Of a DNA stretch of 37,589 nucleotides, positions 7,441-17,426 are shown piece by piece. The stretch is taken from positions 1 to 37,589 of the forward strand of contig PBTB01000080.1 in NCBI GenBank assembly GCA_002726945.1, read 5' to 3'. How positions within the stretch are numbered: position 1 is the stretch's first letter; the number at the start of each line of letters is the position of its first letter. Under the pieces are notes generated by a model. That model searched no databases. It was not told the DNA's origin and saw only the letters and a list, made by a program, of their open reading frames with translations. Source of the stretch: Deltaproteobacteria bacterium. Lineage in GTDB: Bacteria; SAR324; NAC60-12. The position numbers and the translations under genes were made by a program.

Positions 7441-8202
7441 TCAAGCGGAGTCGGAATGGATGATGGCGTGGAGTTCGGTTTCCAGCGTGGAGCGGGAGGG
7501 ATCAGTCGGGAGGTGCAGGGCGGGCAGGGGGCGAGTTGAGGTTCGCGGAGCGTGCAGGAAGAAGCCGGCAGCACTCAAGGGGGCGAGGGGCAGGTACAGT
7601 AGCAACTTGATGATTTGGAACAGGGTCCGAATGAGGGGCCAGGGGTTGAGGGCTGCGATGATCCGGAAGGCCGCGAACATGGCGACTGCGAGGCACAGGC
7701 CGATGCCGACAACGGGGCCGATGGAATGTCCCAGCCAGTAGGCGGTGATCTCGCCCAAGTAGCCGTGGTGGTACCACAGCCAGTCGCTGTCGAACTCAGG
7801 CGCGTGCCGGGCTTGCACGAGTTCCGCCAGCACCGCCACCATCCACGTCAGCAGCACGGCATAGTAGGCTTTCCGGATCACTCCGGCTTCGAGGTTTCCG
7901 GCGGCCATTCTGTTCAAAAAAGGCAGACGTGCCACGAGCCACGCAAGCAACACTGCACTGCCCCCAAACAGTTCGACGAGGGTTCCGCCGATTAAAGCTC
8001 CGCCCACACTGAGGGCGTTGCGGACGCCTCCGGAGGGTGAGAGTTGGTTGAAAAGAGTGGGATCGTGGAGGTGCGAGGTCAACACCGAAACCGCGAGCAG
8101 AACGCCGAGGGTCGTGTATCCCCAAGCCGCTGGTTCCAGCAGGGGGATTGAGCGTGGCTCGTTGCTCCAGTCGATTTCGTTGACAGCATCCACCAGGGGC
8201 AT
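7441..8202 (-). CDS. Integral membrane protein resembling the FtsK N-terminal 4TM domain, with no motor domain
   Basis: Four or more hydrophobic helices. The segment HDPTLFNQLSPSGGVRNALSVGGALIGGTLVELFGGSAVLLAWLV resembles the FtsK_4TM pattern (N..G..GA....L...FG..A.LL). The protein ends in a Pro/Ser/Thr-rich tail. Confidence 0.6.
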   Translation of the reverse strand: MPLVDAVNEIDWSNEPRSIPLLEPAAWGYTTLGVLLAVSVLTSHLHDPTLFNQLSPSGGVRNALSVGGALIGGTLVELFGGSAVLLAWLVARLPFLNRMAAGNLEAGVIRKAYYAVLLTWMVAVLAELVQARHAPEFDSDWLWYHHGYLGEITAYWLGHSIGPVVGIGLCLAVAMFAAFRIIAALNPWPLIRTLFQIIKLLLYLPLAPLSAAGFFLHAPRTSTRPLPALHLPTDPSRSTLETELHAIIHSDSA

Positions 8203-8204
8203 GG

Positions 8205-8708
8205 TCAGGCTCCCCGTTCGCGCAGGAGGTTGACCACCATCTTGGCCACGGACGGCAGCACAAACCCCTCAATGTTCTCTCCGAGCAAGGCCAATTCCCG
8301 CGCCAGCGAGGAACTGACTCCGTAGTACTCCGGGCGTCCAAAGAGGCAAAAGGTCTCAATGGTGGCATCAATGCCAAGGTTGCCGAGCGCCTGCTGGTAC
8401 TCCCCCTGAAAATCATCGGGATTGCGCAAGCCCTTGACGAGCGCGGTGGCCTCACGCTTTTGGGCGTAGCGCACGGTTGCTCCGGAAAAGGTTTCCACTG
8501 TGACATTCTCCAGCCCGTGGTGCCGGACATACTCCATCATCATCACCAACCGCTCCTCCTGCGTGAAGAGGTACTGCTTCTTCGGGTTGACCGCTGCTGC
8601 CCAGAAAACATGGTCAAACTGACGGCTCACGCGGCAAACAATGTCCGCGTGTCCAAGGGTTGGCGGATGGGCACTGGTGGGGTAAACAACAATGCGGGAT
8701 TGGGGCAC
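8205..8708 (-). CDS. coaD: Phosphopantetheine adenylyltransferase (cytidylyltransferase fold)
   Basis: 167 aa. N-terminal VVYPTSAHPPTLGH corresponds to the (T/H)xGH nucleotidyltransferase motif (typical CoaD: AVYPGSFDPITNGH). Length and C-terminus fit CoaD. Confidence 0.8.
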   Translation of the reverse strand: MPQSRIVVYPTSAHPPTLGHADIVCRVSRQFDHVFWAAAVNPKKQYLFTQEERLVMMMEYVRHHGLENVTVETFSGATVRYAQKREATALVKGLRNPDDFQGEYQQALGNLGIDATIETFCLFGRPEYYGVSSSLARELALLGENIEGFVLPSVAKMVVNLLRERGA

Positions 8709-8711
8709 GGG

Positions 8712-11453
8712 CTACCTCTTGGCTTGAGTGACAAAATCCTGCAAAAGCGTCAGTGCCTGCATGGGAGTCAATTGATTGGGATCAAGTCTGCGCAATGCGG
8801 ACAGTAGTGGATGCTCCTCCGGAAACAGCGACAACTGCGGACTCGCAGGGACAATTCCGGGATCGCGTACCACGGCTTCCGAACTTGGTGGAGAACTCAA
8901 AGTGGTGGCCAGTGCAGCGGCCAACTCCGGAACCCGATGCGCGACCGAGGACGCCTCCAGTTCGGTCATCACCGCCAGCGCCCGTTCAACCACGGAACGC
9001 GGCAGCCCCGCCAACTTTGCAACTTGCACGCCGTAGCTGCGGTCGGCCTCGCCCGGCACAACCTTGCGCATGAACACCAACTGCTCTCCCTCCTCGTGGA
9101 TGCTGACGCTGAAGTTCTCAACGCTGTGAAGTTCCTTGGCCAGTGCGGTCAGTTCGTGATAGTGCGTCGCACAGAGCGTGAGCGCCCCAAGCTGGTGGAG
9201 GTGTTCCACAATCGCCCACGCGATGCTGATGCCGTCAAAGGTGCTGGTGCCGCGCCCGATTTCGTCAAGAATCACGAGGCTGTGCTCAGTGGCGTTGTGG
9301 AGGATCGCTGCCGCCTCGTTCATCTCCAGCATGAAGGTGCTTTGACCCAAACTAAGATTATCGGAGGCCCCCACCCGTGTGAAAATGCGATCCGACAGCG
9401 ACAACTCGGCCACATCCGCAGGCACAAAACTGCCGATCTGCGCCATCAGCACGTTGAGCGCAATCTGGCGCATGTACGTTGATTTCCCAGCCATGTTGGG
9501 TCCGGTGATGAGCATGATGCGCCAGGAATTCCCATCCAACTCCAAATCGTTCGGGACAAACGGCTCGCCAAAGTCAATGCGCTCGATTACCGGATGGCGG
9601 CTGCCCTTGAATTGCAAAACGCGAGGGGCGTCGAGTGCGTGGAGCGTGGGACGGACATAGCCTTGATGTTCAGCGGCAGTGGCGAGTCCGGCAAACACGT
9701 CCAACTCAGCGACGAGCCGCGCGCTGGCCTGAACCCGGGAAGTTTCGGCAGTAATCTCGGATTTTATCGTCAGGAAAATTTTGTATTCCAGTTCTCCGAT
9801 GCGTTCTTCTGCCGTGAGAATTTTCTCCTCGAACTCCTTGAGTTCCGGGGTGATGTAGCGTTCGGCGTTGACCAGCGTTTGCTTGCGGATGTAGTCTTCC
9901 GGAACCGAAGCCTTGTGGGCGTTGCTGACTTCAAGGTAGTAGCCGAACACCCTGTTGTAGCTGATCTTGAGGGAGGGGATGCCCGTGCGCTCGCGCTCGC
10001 GTAGCAGCACTTCGTTGAGTACCTGCTTGGAGTTATGGGCGAGGTTGCGCAGTTCGTCCAGTTCTTCAGAAACACCTCTGCCAATGTACCCCCCTGCCCG
10101 GAGCTTTGAAGAGGGGGCTTCCAGCAGCTTGGTTTGCAGGAGCGCAAGCACGTCTGCTAGCGGATCGAATTCCTCGGCCAGCGCGCGCAGTTTGGCACAC
10201 TGCAACTTGGCCAGCAGGTCCGGCAGGGTTTGAAGGTGTACCAGCGATTCCCGCAACCCCACGAGGTCCGGGATCCCCACCACGGGCAGGTTGATGCGCC
10301 CAAGGATGCGCGGCAAATCCTGCACACCCTTGAGCCGGGTTTGCAACTCTCCGCAGAGCAAGAACTGCGATGCGAACTCCTCCACCGCGTCCAGCCGGGT
10401 GTTCAGTGCGTCCATACCCAGCAGGGGGGTCCGGAGCCACTGCCGCAGCAATCTAGCTCCCATCGGGGTGCAGGTGTGGTTCAGTACCGCAAAGAGCGTG
10501 TGCTGCTTGTTGCCGGACTGTGTTTCAAAGAGTTCCAGATTCCGGACGGTCGCCTCGTCGAGCAACATCGTCTGGTCGAAGACATGCGCCTTGACCGAGG
10601 TGAGGTGGGCGAGGTTGCACTTTTGAGTCTCTTCCAGATAAGCAAGCAAGCCACCAGCAGCGGTGGTTCCGAGCGTAAGATGCTCGATCCCGAAACCTGC
10701 GAGGTTGTGCGTCTGGAAATGCGTTTGCAGGCACTTCCGGGCCGCGTCCTGATCGAAGAGGTAGGGATCAACGAACTGGAAGCGTTGCGGGAGTTGATGT
10801 TCGGTTTCGTGTCCGTTGAGCAGGGAAAGGTCACGGGGCGCAAGCAGTTGTGAAACCCGCTGGGTGAGGGGTTCGAGAAACGCGGTTTCCGCTACGGAGC
10901 GGCTCTGCGCGAGCAGGATTTCCTGCGGGTCGAGTTGGGCGAGGAAGTCGTAGAACTTGGGGAGTTGGTCCTGTGCGAACTCGGTGATCTCGAACTCTCC
11001 GGTCGAGAGGTCTGCAAAGGCTGCCCCGAGCCGTCGCGCCCGCAGGTCGAGCGTGATCGCGAGCAGGTAGTGGTTGCGGTCGGGGTTGATGAGTTGTGGG
11101 GAGACGGTGGTTCCGGGAGTGACGATGCGCACCACCTCCCGCGTCACCAACCCCTTGGCCTCCGCCGCATCCTCAGTCTGGTTGCAGAGGACGACCTTGT
11201 AGCCAGCGGCGGTGAGCTTGTTGAGGTACTGCTCGTAAGCCTTGTAGGGCACCCCGCACATGGGCACCGCATGCTCGCTGCGCTTGTCCCGCGAGGTGAG
11301 TGCAATTTGCAGCACCCGTGCTCCCACCACCGCGTCCTCGCCGAACATCTCGTAGAAATCCCCCATGCGGAAGAAGACGAGCTTGTCCGGATGCTCCTGC
11401 TTGACGGCGTTGAACTGCCGCATCATCGGAGTGTCCACCTGCGGGATGGTCAT
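8712..11453 (-). CDS. mutS: DNA mismatch repair protein MutS
   Basis: N-terminal TPMMRQFNAVKQEHPDKLVFFRMGDFYEMF, Walker A GPNMAGKST and DEIGRGTSTFDG; 913 aa. Confidence 0.97.
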   Translation of the reverse strand: MTIPQVDTPMMRQFNAVKQEHPDKLVFFRMGDFYEMFGEDAVVGARVLQIALTSRDKRSEHAVPMCGVPYKAYEQYLNKLTAAGYKVVLCNQTEDAAEAKGLVTREVVRIVTPGTTVSPQLINPDRNHYLLAITLDLRARRLGAAFADLSTGEFEITEFAQDQLPKFYDFLAQLDPQEILLAQSRSVAETAFLEPLTQRVSQLLAPRDLSLLNGHETEHQLPQRFQFVDPYLFDQDAARKCLQTHFQTHNLAGFGIEHLTLGTTAAGGLLAYLEETQKCNLAHLTSVKAHVFDQTMLLDEATVRNLELFETQSGNKQHTLFAVLNHTCTPMGARLLRQWLRTPLLGMDALNTRLDAVEEFASQFLLCGELQTRLKGVQDLPRILGRINLPVVGIPDLVGLRESLVHLQTLPDLLAKLQCAKLRALAEEFDPLADVLALLQTKLLEAPSSKLRAGGYIGRGVSEELDELRNLAHNSKQVLNEVLLRERERTGIPSLKISYNRVFGYYLEVSNAHKASVPEDYIRKQTLVNAERYITPELKEFEEKILTAEERIGELEYKIFLTIKSEITAETSRVQASARLVAELDVFAGLATAAEHQGYVRPTLHALDAPRVLQFKGSRHPVIERIDFGEPFVPNDLELDGNSWRIMLITGPNMAGKSTYMRQIALNVLMAQIGSFVPADVAELSLSDRIFTRVGASDNLSLGQSTFMLEMNEAAAILHNATEHSLVILDEIGRGTSTFDGISIAWAIVEHLHQLGALTLCATHYHELTALAKELHSVENFSVSIHEEGEQLVFMRKVVPGEADRSYGVQVAKLAGLPRSVVERALAVMTELEASSVAHRVPELAAALATTLSSPPSSEAVVRDPGIVPASPQLSLFPEEHPLLSALRRLDPNQLTPMQALTLLQDFVTQAKR

Positions 11454-11481
11454 AGTGGAGAGGATTGGTCGTCAGGCGGAG

Positions 11482-13071
11482 TTAAACAGCAGGTCCGGCG
11501 TCAATGGTCTCCCGGCTTGAACCCTCCTCGAACTTCCGGAAGTTCTCCCGAAACATGCCTGCCAGTTTCCGTGCAGACTCGTTGTAGGCGGCAGAATCGG
11601 CCCAGACCGTGCGTGGCTGGAGAATTTCGCTCGGCACTCCGGGACACACAGCAGGCATCTCAAACCCAAAGAGGGGATCACGGGTGGTGTTCGTGTCCTT
11701 GAGCGAGCTCTCAAAGATGGCATCGACAATGGCGCGGGTGTGCTTGAGCGACATGCGCTCTCCCGTGCCGTAGCCCCCGCCGCTCCAGCCGGTGTTGAGC
11801 AGCCAGACGGTGGAGCCGTGCTTACGGATACGCTCGGCGAGCAGTTCCGCGTACTTGCTGGGGTGCCAGACCATGAACGCCGCGCCAAAGCACGCGGAGA
11901 AGGTTGCCTGCGGTTCGGTCACGCCCATCTCGGTTCCGGCGACCTTGGCAGTGTAGCCGCTGATGAAGTGATACATCGCCTGCGAGGGGGAGAGTTTACT
12001 CACTGGCGGCAAAACCCCGAAGGCGTCGCAGGTCAGAAAAAGGATGTTCTGCGGATGCCCGCCCACACAGGGGATTTGCGTGTTGGAGATGTAATTGATC
12101 GGATAGGAGGCGCGGGTGTTTTCCGTGAGGGAGGTGTCGTCGTAATCCACTACGTGGGTGTCCTCGTCATAGACGACATTCTCCAGCACCGTTCCAAAGC
12201 GGATCGCCCGGAAGATGTCCGGCTCCTTTTCCTTGGAGAGATTGATGCACTTCGCGTAGCAGCCACCTTCGATGTTGAAAACCCCTTCGTCCGTCCAGCA
12301 GTGTTCGTCATCGCCGATGAGCTTGCGCTTGGGGTCGGCGGAGAGCGTGGTCTTGCCGGTTCCGGAGAGTCCGAAGAAGAGTGCAACGTCGCCCTCGCTG
12401 CCGAGGTTTGCTGAACTGTGCATTGAGAGGATGCCCCGCTTGGGCATGATGTAGTTCATGATCGTGAAGACCCCCTTCTTCATCTCCCCGGCGTATTCGG
12501 TGCCGAGGATGACGAACTCGTGGCGCTCGAAGCTGAGATCAACGCTGGTGGAGGAAGTCATGTGTGAGGTCTGGCGATTCGCCGGGAAGCGCCCCGCGTT
12601 GAAGATCACATAATCCGGATCGCCGAAATCCGCGAGTTCCGCAGGACTGGGGCGCATCAGCATGTTGTGCATGAAGAGCGCATGGTAGGGCCGCGTGGTG
12701 ATCACCCGGACCTTGACGCGGTGGCGCGGATCCCAGCCTGCAAAGCCGTCCACCACATAAACCCGCTCCTGCAAGTTGAGGTAGTCGATGGCGCGAGTGC
12801 GGTTGATCAGGAAAGTGTGATCGTCCAGCGGGATGTTGATATCGCCCCACCAGATGTCGGGCTTGCTGGCTGCGTCCTCGACGATGCGCTTGTCCTTGGG
12901 GCTGCGTCCGGTCTTCGCGTAGGACTTGACGATCAATGCACCTTGGTCCGAAACAGCAGCATCGGGTTCGTAGCGTAGCGCCTCGGCGTAAAGCTTTGCG
13001 GGGACGGCGTTGCGGATGAGGGTTTGGGTGGTGATGCCGTAGGCGTCAAGAGTGAAGGGTTCGTTGGTCAT
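11482..13071 (-). CDS. pckA: Phosphoenolpyruvate carboxykinase (ATP)
   Basis: Kinase-1a motif [21 protein letters not shown] and NTGWSGG motifs; 529 aa, typical of ATP-dependent PEPCK. Confidence 0.95.
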   Translation of the reverse strand: MTNEPFTLDAYGITTQTLIRNAVPAKLYAEALRYEPDAAVSDQGALIVKSYAKTGRSPKDKRIVEDAASKPDIWWGDINIPLDDHTFLINRTRAIDYLNLQERVYVVDGFAGWDPRHRVKVRVITTRPYHALFMHNMLMRPSPAELADFGDPDYVIFNAGRFPANRQTSHMTSSTSVDLSFERHEFVILGTEYAGEMKKGVFTIMNYIMPKRGILSMHSSANLGSEGDVALFFGLSGTGKTTLSADPKRKLIGDDEHCWTDEGVFNIEGGCYAKCINLSKEKEPDIFRAIRFGTVLENVVYDEDTHVVDYDDTSLTENTRASYPINYISNTQIPCVGGHPQNILFLTCDAFGVLPPVSKLSPSQAMYHFISGYTAKVAGTEMGVTEPQATFSACFGAAFMVWHPSKYAELLAERIRKHGSTVWLLNTGWSGGGYGTGERMSLKHTRAIVDAIFESSLKDTNTTRDPLFGFEMPAVCPGVPSEILQPRTVWADSAAYNESARKLAGMFRENFRKFEEGSSRETIDAGPAV

Positions 13072-13098
13072 TTGTGGACGTGGAATTGAAAAAATAAA

Positions 13099-14829
13099 TC
13101 AGTTACCCCCTGATTCTGCATCAGATGTGATTGACAGCAACTCCTCCGGAGTGGTCAATCCACGCAAGACCTTACTTGTGCCATCCTTGCGCATCGTTAT
13201 CATACCATCTTTTAGGGCGCTGCGCTGAATGAAATTTGCGTCGGCTGACTCCAGAACTGCCGCTTTCACAGGCTCAGTCATGACGAGCAGTTCGTGAACC
13301 CCCAGCCTGCCGCGATAGCCCGTTTCCCGGCAATGCTCGCAGCCCTGTCCTCTGAAGAATCGCCCTCCAGCCTTCTGGATGCGAGCCTTGCTGACTCCCA
13401 ATTCCCGGACTTGCTCCGGATGGGGTGCGTAGCTTTTGCGGCACTGCGGGCAGACTCGGCGGATCAAGCGCTGGGCCAGCACACCGAGAATGGTTGAGGA
13501 TACCAAAAACGGCTCGATGCCCATGTCGACCAGTCGCGTGATGGTTGCGGCGGCGCTGTTGGTGTGGACCGTGCTGAAGACGAGGTGTCCCGTGAGTGCG
13601 GCCTGCATGGCAATCTGGGCGGTTTCTGTGTCTCGCATCTCTCCAACCATGATCACGTCCGGATCCTGCCGCAGCACCGACCGCAGGGCGTTGGCAAAGC
13701 TGAGGCCGATGCGCTGGTTGATCTCGATTTGGCTGTAACCGGCGATCTTGTACTCGACCGGATCCTCAATGGTCACCACGTTCTGGATCTGGTGGTCAAT
13801 TTCGGCGAGGGCGGCGTAGAGCGTGGTGGTCTTGCCGCTTCCCGTCGGACCCGTGACGAGAATGATCCCGCCGGGCTTTTTGAGCATTTCCCGGAAGGGC
13901 ATGAGAACGGGGCCGACCAATGCAAGTTGACCCAGAGAGCGAAACTGCTCGCTTTGGTAGAGCAAGCGCATCACCACCTTCTCGCCGTGGACCGTCGGGA
14001 TGGTGGACACCCGGATGTCGATCCTCTTCCCCGCGATCAGCACCATCGTGCGCCCGTCTTGCGGCAGCGCCTTCTGGGCGATGTCGAGCCGGGACATGAC
14101 CTTGATGCGGTTGATCACCGTGACATGCACCTGCTTGGGGAAGTTCGTGATGGGGTGCAACATGCCGTCGAGTCGGTAGCGGACGAGGGTTGCGGATGGC
14201 GAGGGGTCAATGTGAACATCGCTCGCCTCCTCCTTGGTCGCCTGCCAGAGCAGGTTGTTGACCAGTCGCTTCACTGGCTCTTCATCGGTGGTTTCCAGCA
14301 AATCCTGTGGTTCCTCCACACCAAGGATGTTCTCAAAGCCGTCCTCGCCCTCCAATTGCTCGACGGTGTTGTCCGTGAATGAGTTGCTCTGGTCGTAGGC
14401 GCGATTGATGAGGTCCAGCACGGCCTGACGGCTGGCAAGCACAGGCTGGACGTGACATTGATACTGCCGCCCAAGGTCGTTGAGCGGTTGGGTGTTGGAG
14501 GGGTCGTCCAGCGCGACTTCAAGGGTTTGGCCGACTTGCTGGATAGGGAAGAAGTTGAGGCGCTTGGCGTAACGGATCGGGATGTGCTGCGTGAACTCCG
14601 GGTTGACCGGGACTTCCTCAAAGTTCTCCCGAAAGTCCAGATCGAGGTGATCGGCGAGGGCATGGAGGTATTCGGGTTCCGTGGCGACCTTATGCCGCAA
14701 CAGCAGTTCCTTGAGCTGAGCCGTGTCGTCTCGGGCAGCGAGCAGTTGCTCATGCAGCGCCTCAAGCTGTTCCGGGGCAATCGCCTTGCGGGACTGAAGC
14801 ACCTCGACGACAGGGTGGTAGTCGGACAT
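13099..14829 (-). CDS. GspE/PilB-family type II secretion / type IV pilus assembly ATPase
   Basis: N-terminal T2SSE_N-like domain, Walker A GPTGSGKTTT, Asp and His boxes, and the tetracysteine motif CPQC...CEHC. Confidence 0.9.
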   Translation of the reverse strand: MSDYHPVVEVLQSRKAIAPEQLEALHEQLLAARDDTAQLKELLLRHKVATEPEYLHALADHLDLDFRENFEEVPVNPEFTQHIPIRYAKRLNFFPIQQVGQTLEVALDDPSNTQPLNDLGRQYQCHVQPVLASRQAVLDLINRAYDQSNSFTDNTVEQLEGEDGFENILGVEEPQDLLETTDEEPVKRLVNNLLWQATKEEASDVHIDPSPSATLVRYRLDGMLHPITNFPKQVHVTVINRIKVMSRLDIAQKALPQDGRTMVLIAGKRIDIRVSTIPTVHGEKVVMRLLYQSEQFRSLGQLALVGPVLMPFREMLKKPGGIILVTGPTGSGKTTTLYAALAEIDHQIQNVVTIEDPVEYKIAGYSQIEINQRIGLSFANALRSVLRQDPDVIMVGEMRDTETAQIAMQAALTGHLVFSTVHTNSAAATITRLVDMGIEPFLVSSTILGVLAQRLIRRVCPQCRKSYAPHPEQVRELGVSKARIQKAGGRFFRGQGCEHCRETGYRGRLGVHELLVMTEPVKAAVLESADANFIQRSALKDGMITMRKDGTSKVLRGLTTPEELLSITSDAESGGN

Positions 14830-14912
14830 CAGGCGATGTCACAAAAGGAGGCCACGCAATCGGCGTTAACCCTTGGCACACTCGTGGTCATCTGGTATGC
14901 TTCCATCTGCAT

Positions 14913-16040
14913 TTGAATTTGGCATCTCATCCACTTCTTGCAACCAAGAACCATTCCACCCAAACCTTTTCTTTGAATTTGCCCTCGCAGGAAACTCCCT
15001 CCCAAGCGTCCACGACGCTGTTTCCACAAGCTCTAACCAAGGTCAACGGCAGTGCGAATTCCTCGGCGTGGGTCAAGCCAACACGGTTTCTGGACTCGAT
15101 CTCCACCGAGATGGCCGAATTGGAAGGGCTGATCCGGGAGTACGCCCAGACGGAAATCCCGCTGCTCAACTCGGTCTCATCCCACCTCCTTGAGGCCGGA
15201 GGCAAGCGTCTGCGCCCGGTGATGGTCCTGCTGGGCGGCTCACTGTTCCGCCCTCCGGACGAGCGGGTGATGCAGGCCGCGCTCGTCGTGGAGTACCTGC
15301 ACACCGCGACGTTGTTGCATGACGATGTGGTCGATGGCGGAGAAACGCGCCGGGGGCACAAGGCACCCCGGATGCTCTGGGGTGACGAAGCCAGTGTGCT
15401 GTCCGGAGACTACCTCTTCTCGCTAGCATTCCACACGCTCACGCGGATGCGGCGACCCGATGTGCTGGAGTTGATGTCGGGCACAACCACCAAGATGGCG
15501 TGTGGCGAGTTGCAGCAACTCACCCGGAACTTCTTGGACACGAGCGAAACCGTGTACTACGAGATCATCAACTGCAAAACCGCCTGCCTGTTCGGAGCCG
15601 CCACCAAGATGGGGGCGCTACTGTCGGGGGCATCTCCGGAAGCGGCCCAAAGTCTTTACGATTACGGGGCCGCGCTCGGCATGGCGTTCCAAGTCGTGGA
15701 CGACGCACTGGATTACGGCGACACACTGCAAACCGGAAAGCCGGTGGGCACGGACCTGCAAGAGCGCAAGATCACCCTGCCCCTCAGCCATCTGCTTCGC
15801 CAAGGCTCCTCTGAAGCTCAAGCCGCAGTACAGTCCATCCTCAACGAACACGTCATTTCGGATTGCCATGTGACCCAAGTGATCGGCTTGATGCAGGACT
15901 GCGGTTCGATTCCCTACACGCTTGGAGCCGCACAGCGTTTTGCCGATGAAGCGCGAACCCGCCTCGCCTCCCTTCCAGATTCACCAACCCGGCAACTGCT
16001 CTCAGAGATTACCGAGTTCGTCGTCAGCCGCACCTCCTGA
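14913..16040 (+). CDS. trans-Polyprenyl diphosphate synthase (IspB/HepT-like)
   Basis: GGKRLRP, first DDxxD as LLHDDVVD and second as FQVVDDALD. The start is uncertain. The track start at 14913 is TTG and gives a low-complexity N-terminal extension. The first in-frame ATG is at 15111. Confidence 0.85.
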   Translation: MNLASHPLLATKNHSTQTFSLNLPSQETPSQASTTLFPQALTKVNGSANSSAWVKPTRFLDSISTEMAELEGLIREYAQTEIPLLNSVSSHLLEAGGKRLRPVMVLLGGSLFRPPDERVMQAALVVEYLHTATLLHDDVVDGGETRRGHKAPRMLWGDEASVLSGDYLFSLAFHTLTRMRRPDVLELMSGTTTKMACGELQQLTRNFLDTSETVYYEIINCKTACLFGAATKMGALLSGASPEAAQSLYDYGAALGMAFQVVDDALDYGDTLQTGKPVGTDLQERKITLPLSHLLRQGSSEAQAAVQSILNEHVISDCHVTQVIGLMQDCGSIPYTLGAAQRFADEARTRLASLPDSPTRQLLSEITEFVVSRTS

Positions 16041-16046
16041 CTTGAC

Positions 16047-16502
16047 TCACGAATCCTCGCTGCTGAACTCTTGGCTTGCAGCGGCGGAGTGACGCTTGAA
16101 CAATTCACTCCAACGTTCGGCCCGACGTTGTGCCTCCCGGAGTGAGGTCACGACTTCCTCCACCTTGAGCGGTTTTTCGAAATAATCGTAGGCTCCCCCC
16201 TTCATGCACTGGATCACGTTCGGAAGGTTGCTGTGCGCGGTCATGATGTAAATCTGCATCAGTGAGTTCATTTCCTTGATTTGCTGGAGTAGCTCGATTC
16301 CGGTCATCTCCTCCATCATGATGTCCGAGATCACGACCTGGAAAAAACTGCGCTCCAGCGTGCTGAGGGCTTCTTCGGCACTGCGGGCGGTGCTGACGTG
16401 GTAGCCGAGTTTGCTCAGGGCGCGTTGCAACACCATGCGGATGTTCTCGTCGTCGTCCACAACAAGGACGCTGAGGGCCGAAGGAGAGGGCGATTTGAGC
16501 AT
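16047..16502 (-). CDS. Single-domain response regulator (CheY-like receiver)
   Basis: VLVVDDDE acidic pocket, phospho-acceptor D in VVISDIMM, T in IMTAH and K in FEKP. There is no output domain; 151 aa. Confidence 0.9.
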   Translation of the reverse strand: MLKSPSPSALSVLVVDDDENIRMVLQRALSKLGYHVSTARSAEEALSTLERSFFQVVISDIMMEEMTGIELLQQIKEMNSLMQIYIMTAHSNLPNVIQCMKGGAYDYFEKPLKVEEVVTSLREAQRRAERWSELFKRHSAAASQEFSSEDS

Positions 16503-16509
16503 GTTTCGA

Positions 16510-17364
16510 TCAGGTGGCGTGAGATGGGGCTGGAGTGTTCAGTGAGCGGAGAAAGCCCACTCGGTCTGTGGCGGTCATGGCCGCGTTGCCAACGAGGACG
16601 GCATCGCAAGGCACCGGAAAAAGCACGGCAATGTCCGCAGGTGTGCTGACACTGCTGGCACTGATCAGCAGCTTGCCGTGCTGCTGCTTCCACTTTCGGA
16701 GGTCGGAGTGGCGGTTCCAGTAACCCACCGTGACCTGCGGCGAGCCTTGCATGTAGGTCTTTCCAGGGTTTTCCGGGAGGGCGGCGATAGCGCGGTTGTT
16801 GACCATGAGGAGGTCCGGGTTCACCGCAAGCACCCTCGGCACTTCCGACTCCAACGAAACCTCAACCACGCACTCCAGGCCGATGTTGCGCGCTTCCTCA
16901 AGGATGGAGCGCAACTTATCCTCCGTGAAGTAGTAGGCGAGGATCAGCGCGGCACTCGCTCCCCGGATTCGCCCCTCCAGCAACTGGTAGGGCGAAAAGA
17001 TGAACTCCTTGTGCAGTAGGGGCAAGTCCGTGAGTGTGGACGCGGTTGCCAGCGATTCCAGCGAGCCGCCGAAATACTGCTCATCGGTCAGCACGGAGAT
17101 AGCGACGGCTCCTCCGGATTCGTAGTCACGGATGACGGATTCAAGCTTGAGTTCCGAGACATTCTCGCGTCCTGGAGCGCGGGCCTTGACCTCGGCGATG
17201 ATCGCAGGCGCATTGTCGGAGTTGCGGATCAGTGCTGCGGAAAGCGAATTCGGAGTGGGGAGTCCGGAGATTTTTTCGCGCAGAGCCTCCTCGGAAACCT
17301 GCAAACCTCGCCGGGCACTTTCTTCCGCCTTGAGGTCTTTCATCTTGTCGAGGAAGGTTCTCAT
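16510..17364 (-). CDS. trpC: Indole-3-glycerol phosphate synthase
   Basis: IIAEVKARAPGRE (typical IAEIKKASPS), LHKEFIFSPYQLLEGRIRGASAALIL and a C-terminal ISASSV...AVLVGNAAM pattern. Confidence 0.85.
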   Translation of the reverse strand: MRTFLDKMKDLKAEESARRGLQVSEEALREKISGLPTPNSLSAALIRNSDNAPAIIAEVKARAPGRENVSELKLESVIRDYESGGAVAISVLTDEQYFGGSLESLATASTLTDLPLLHKEFIFSPYQLLEGRIRGASAALILAYYFTEDKLRSILEEARNIGLECVVEVSLESEVPRVLAVNPDLLMVNNRAIAALPENPGKTYMQGSPQVTVGYWNRHSDLRKWKQQHGKLLISASSVSTPADIAVLFPVPCDAVLVGNAAMTATDRVGFLRSLNTPAPSHAT

Positions 17365-17426
17365 GTCCTGAAATGTTCCGAAAAAGTCAAGGAATCAACC
17401 TAGGGGGTTTGGAGGAAATTCGCAAC

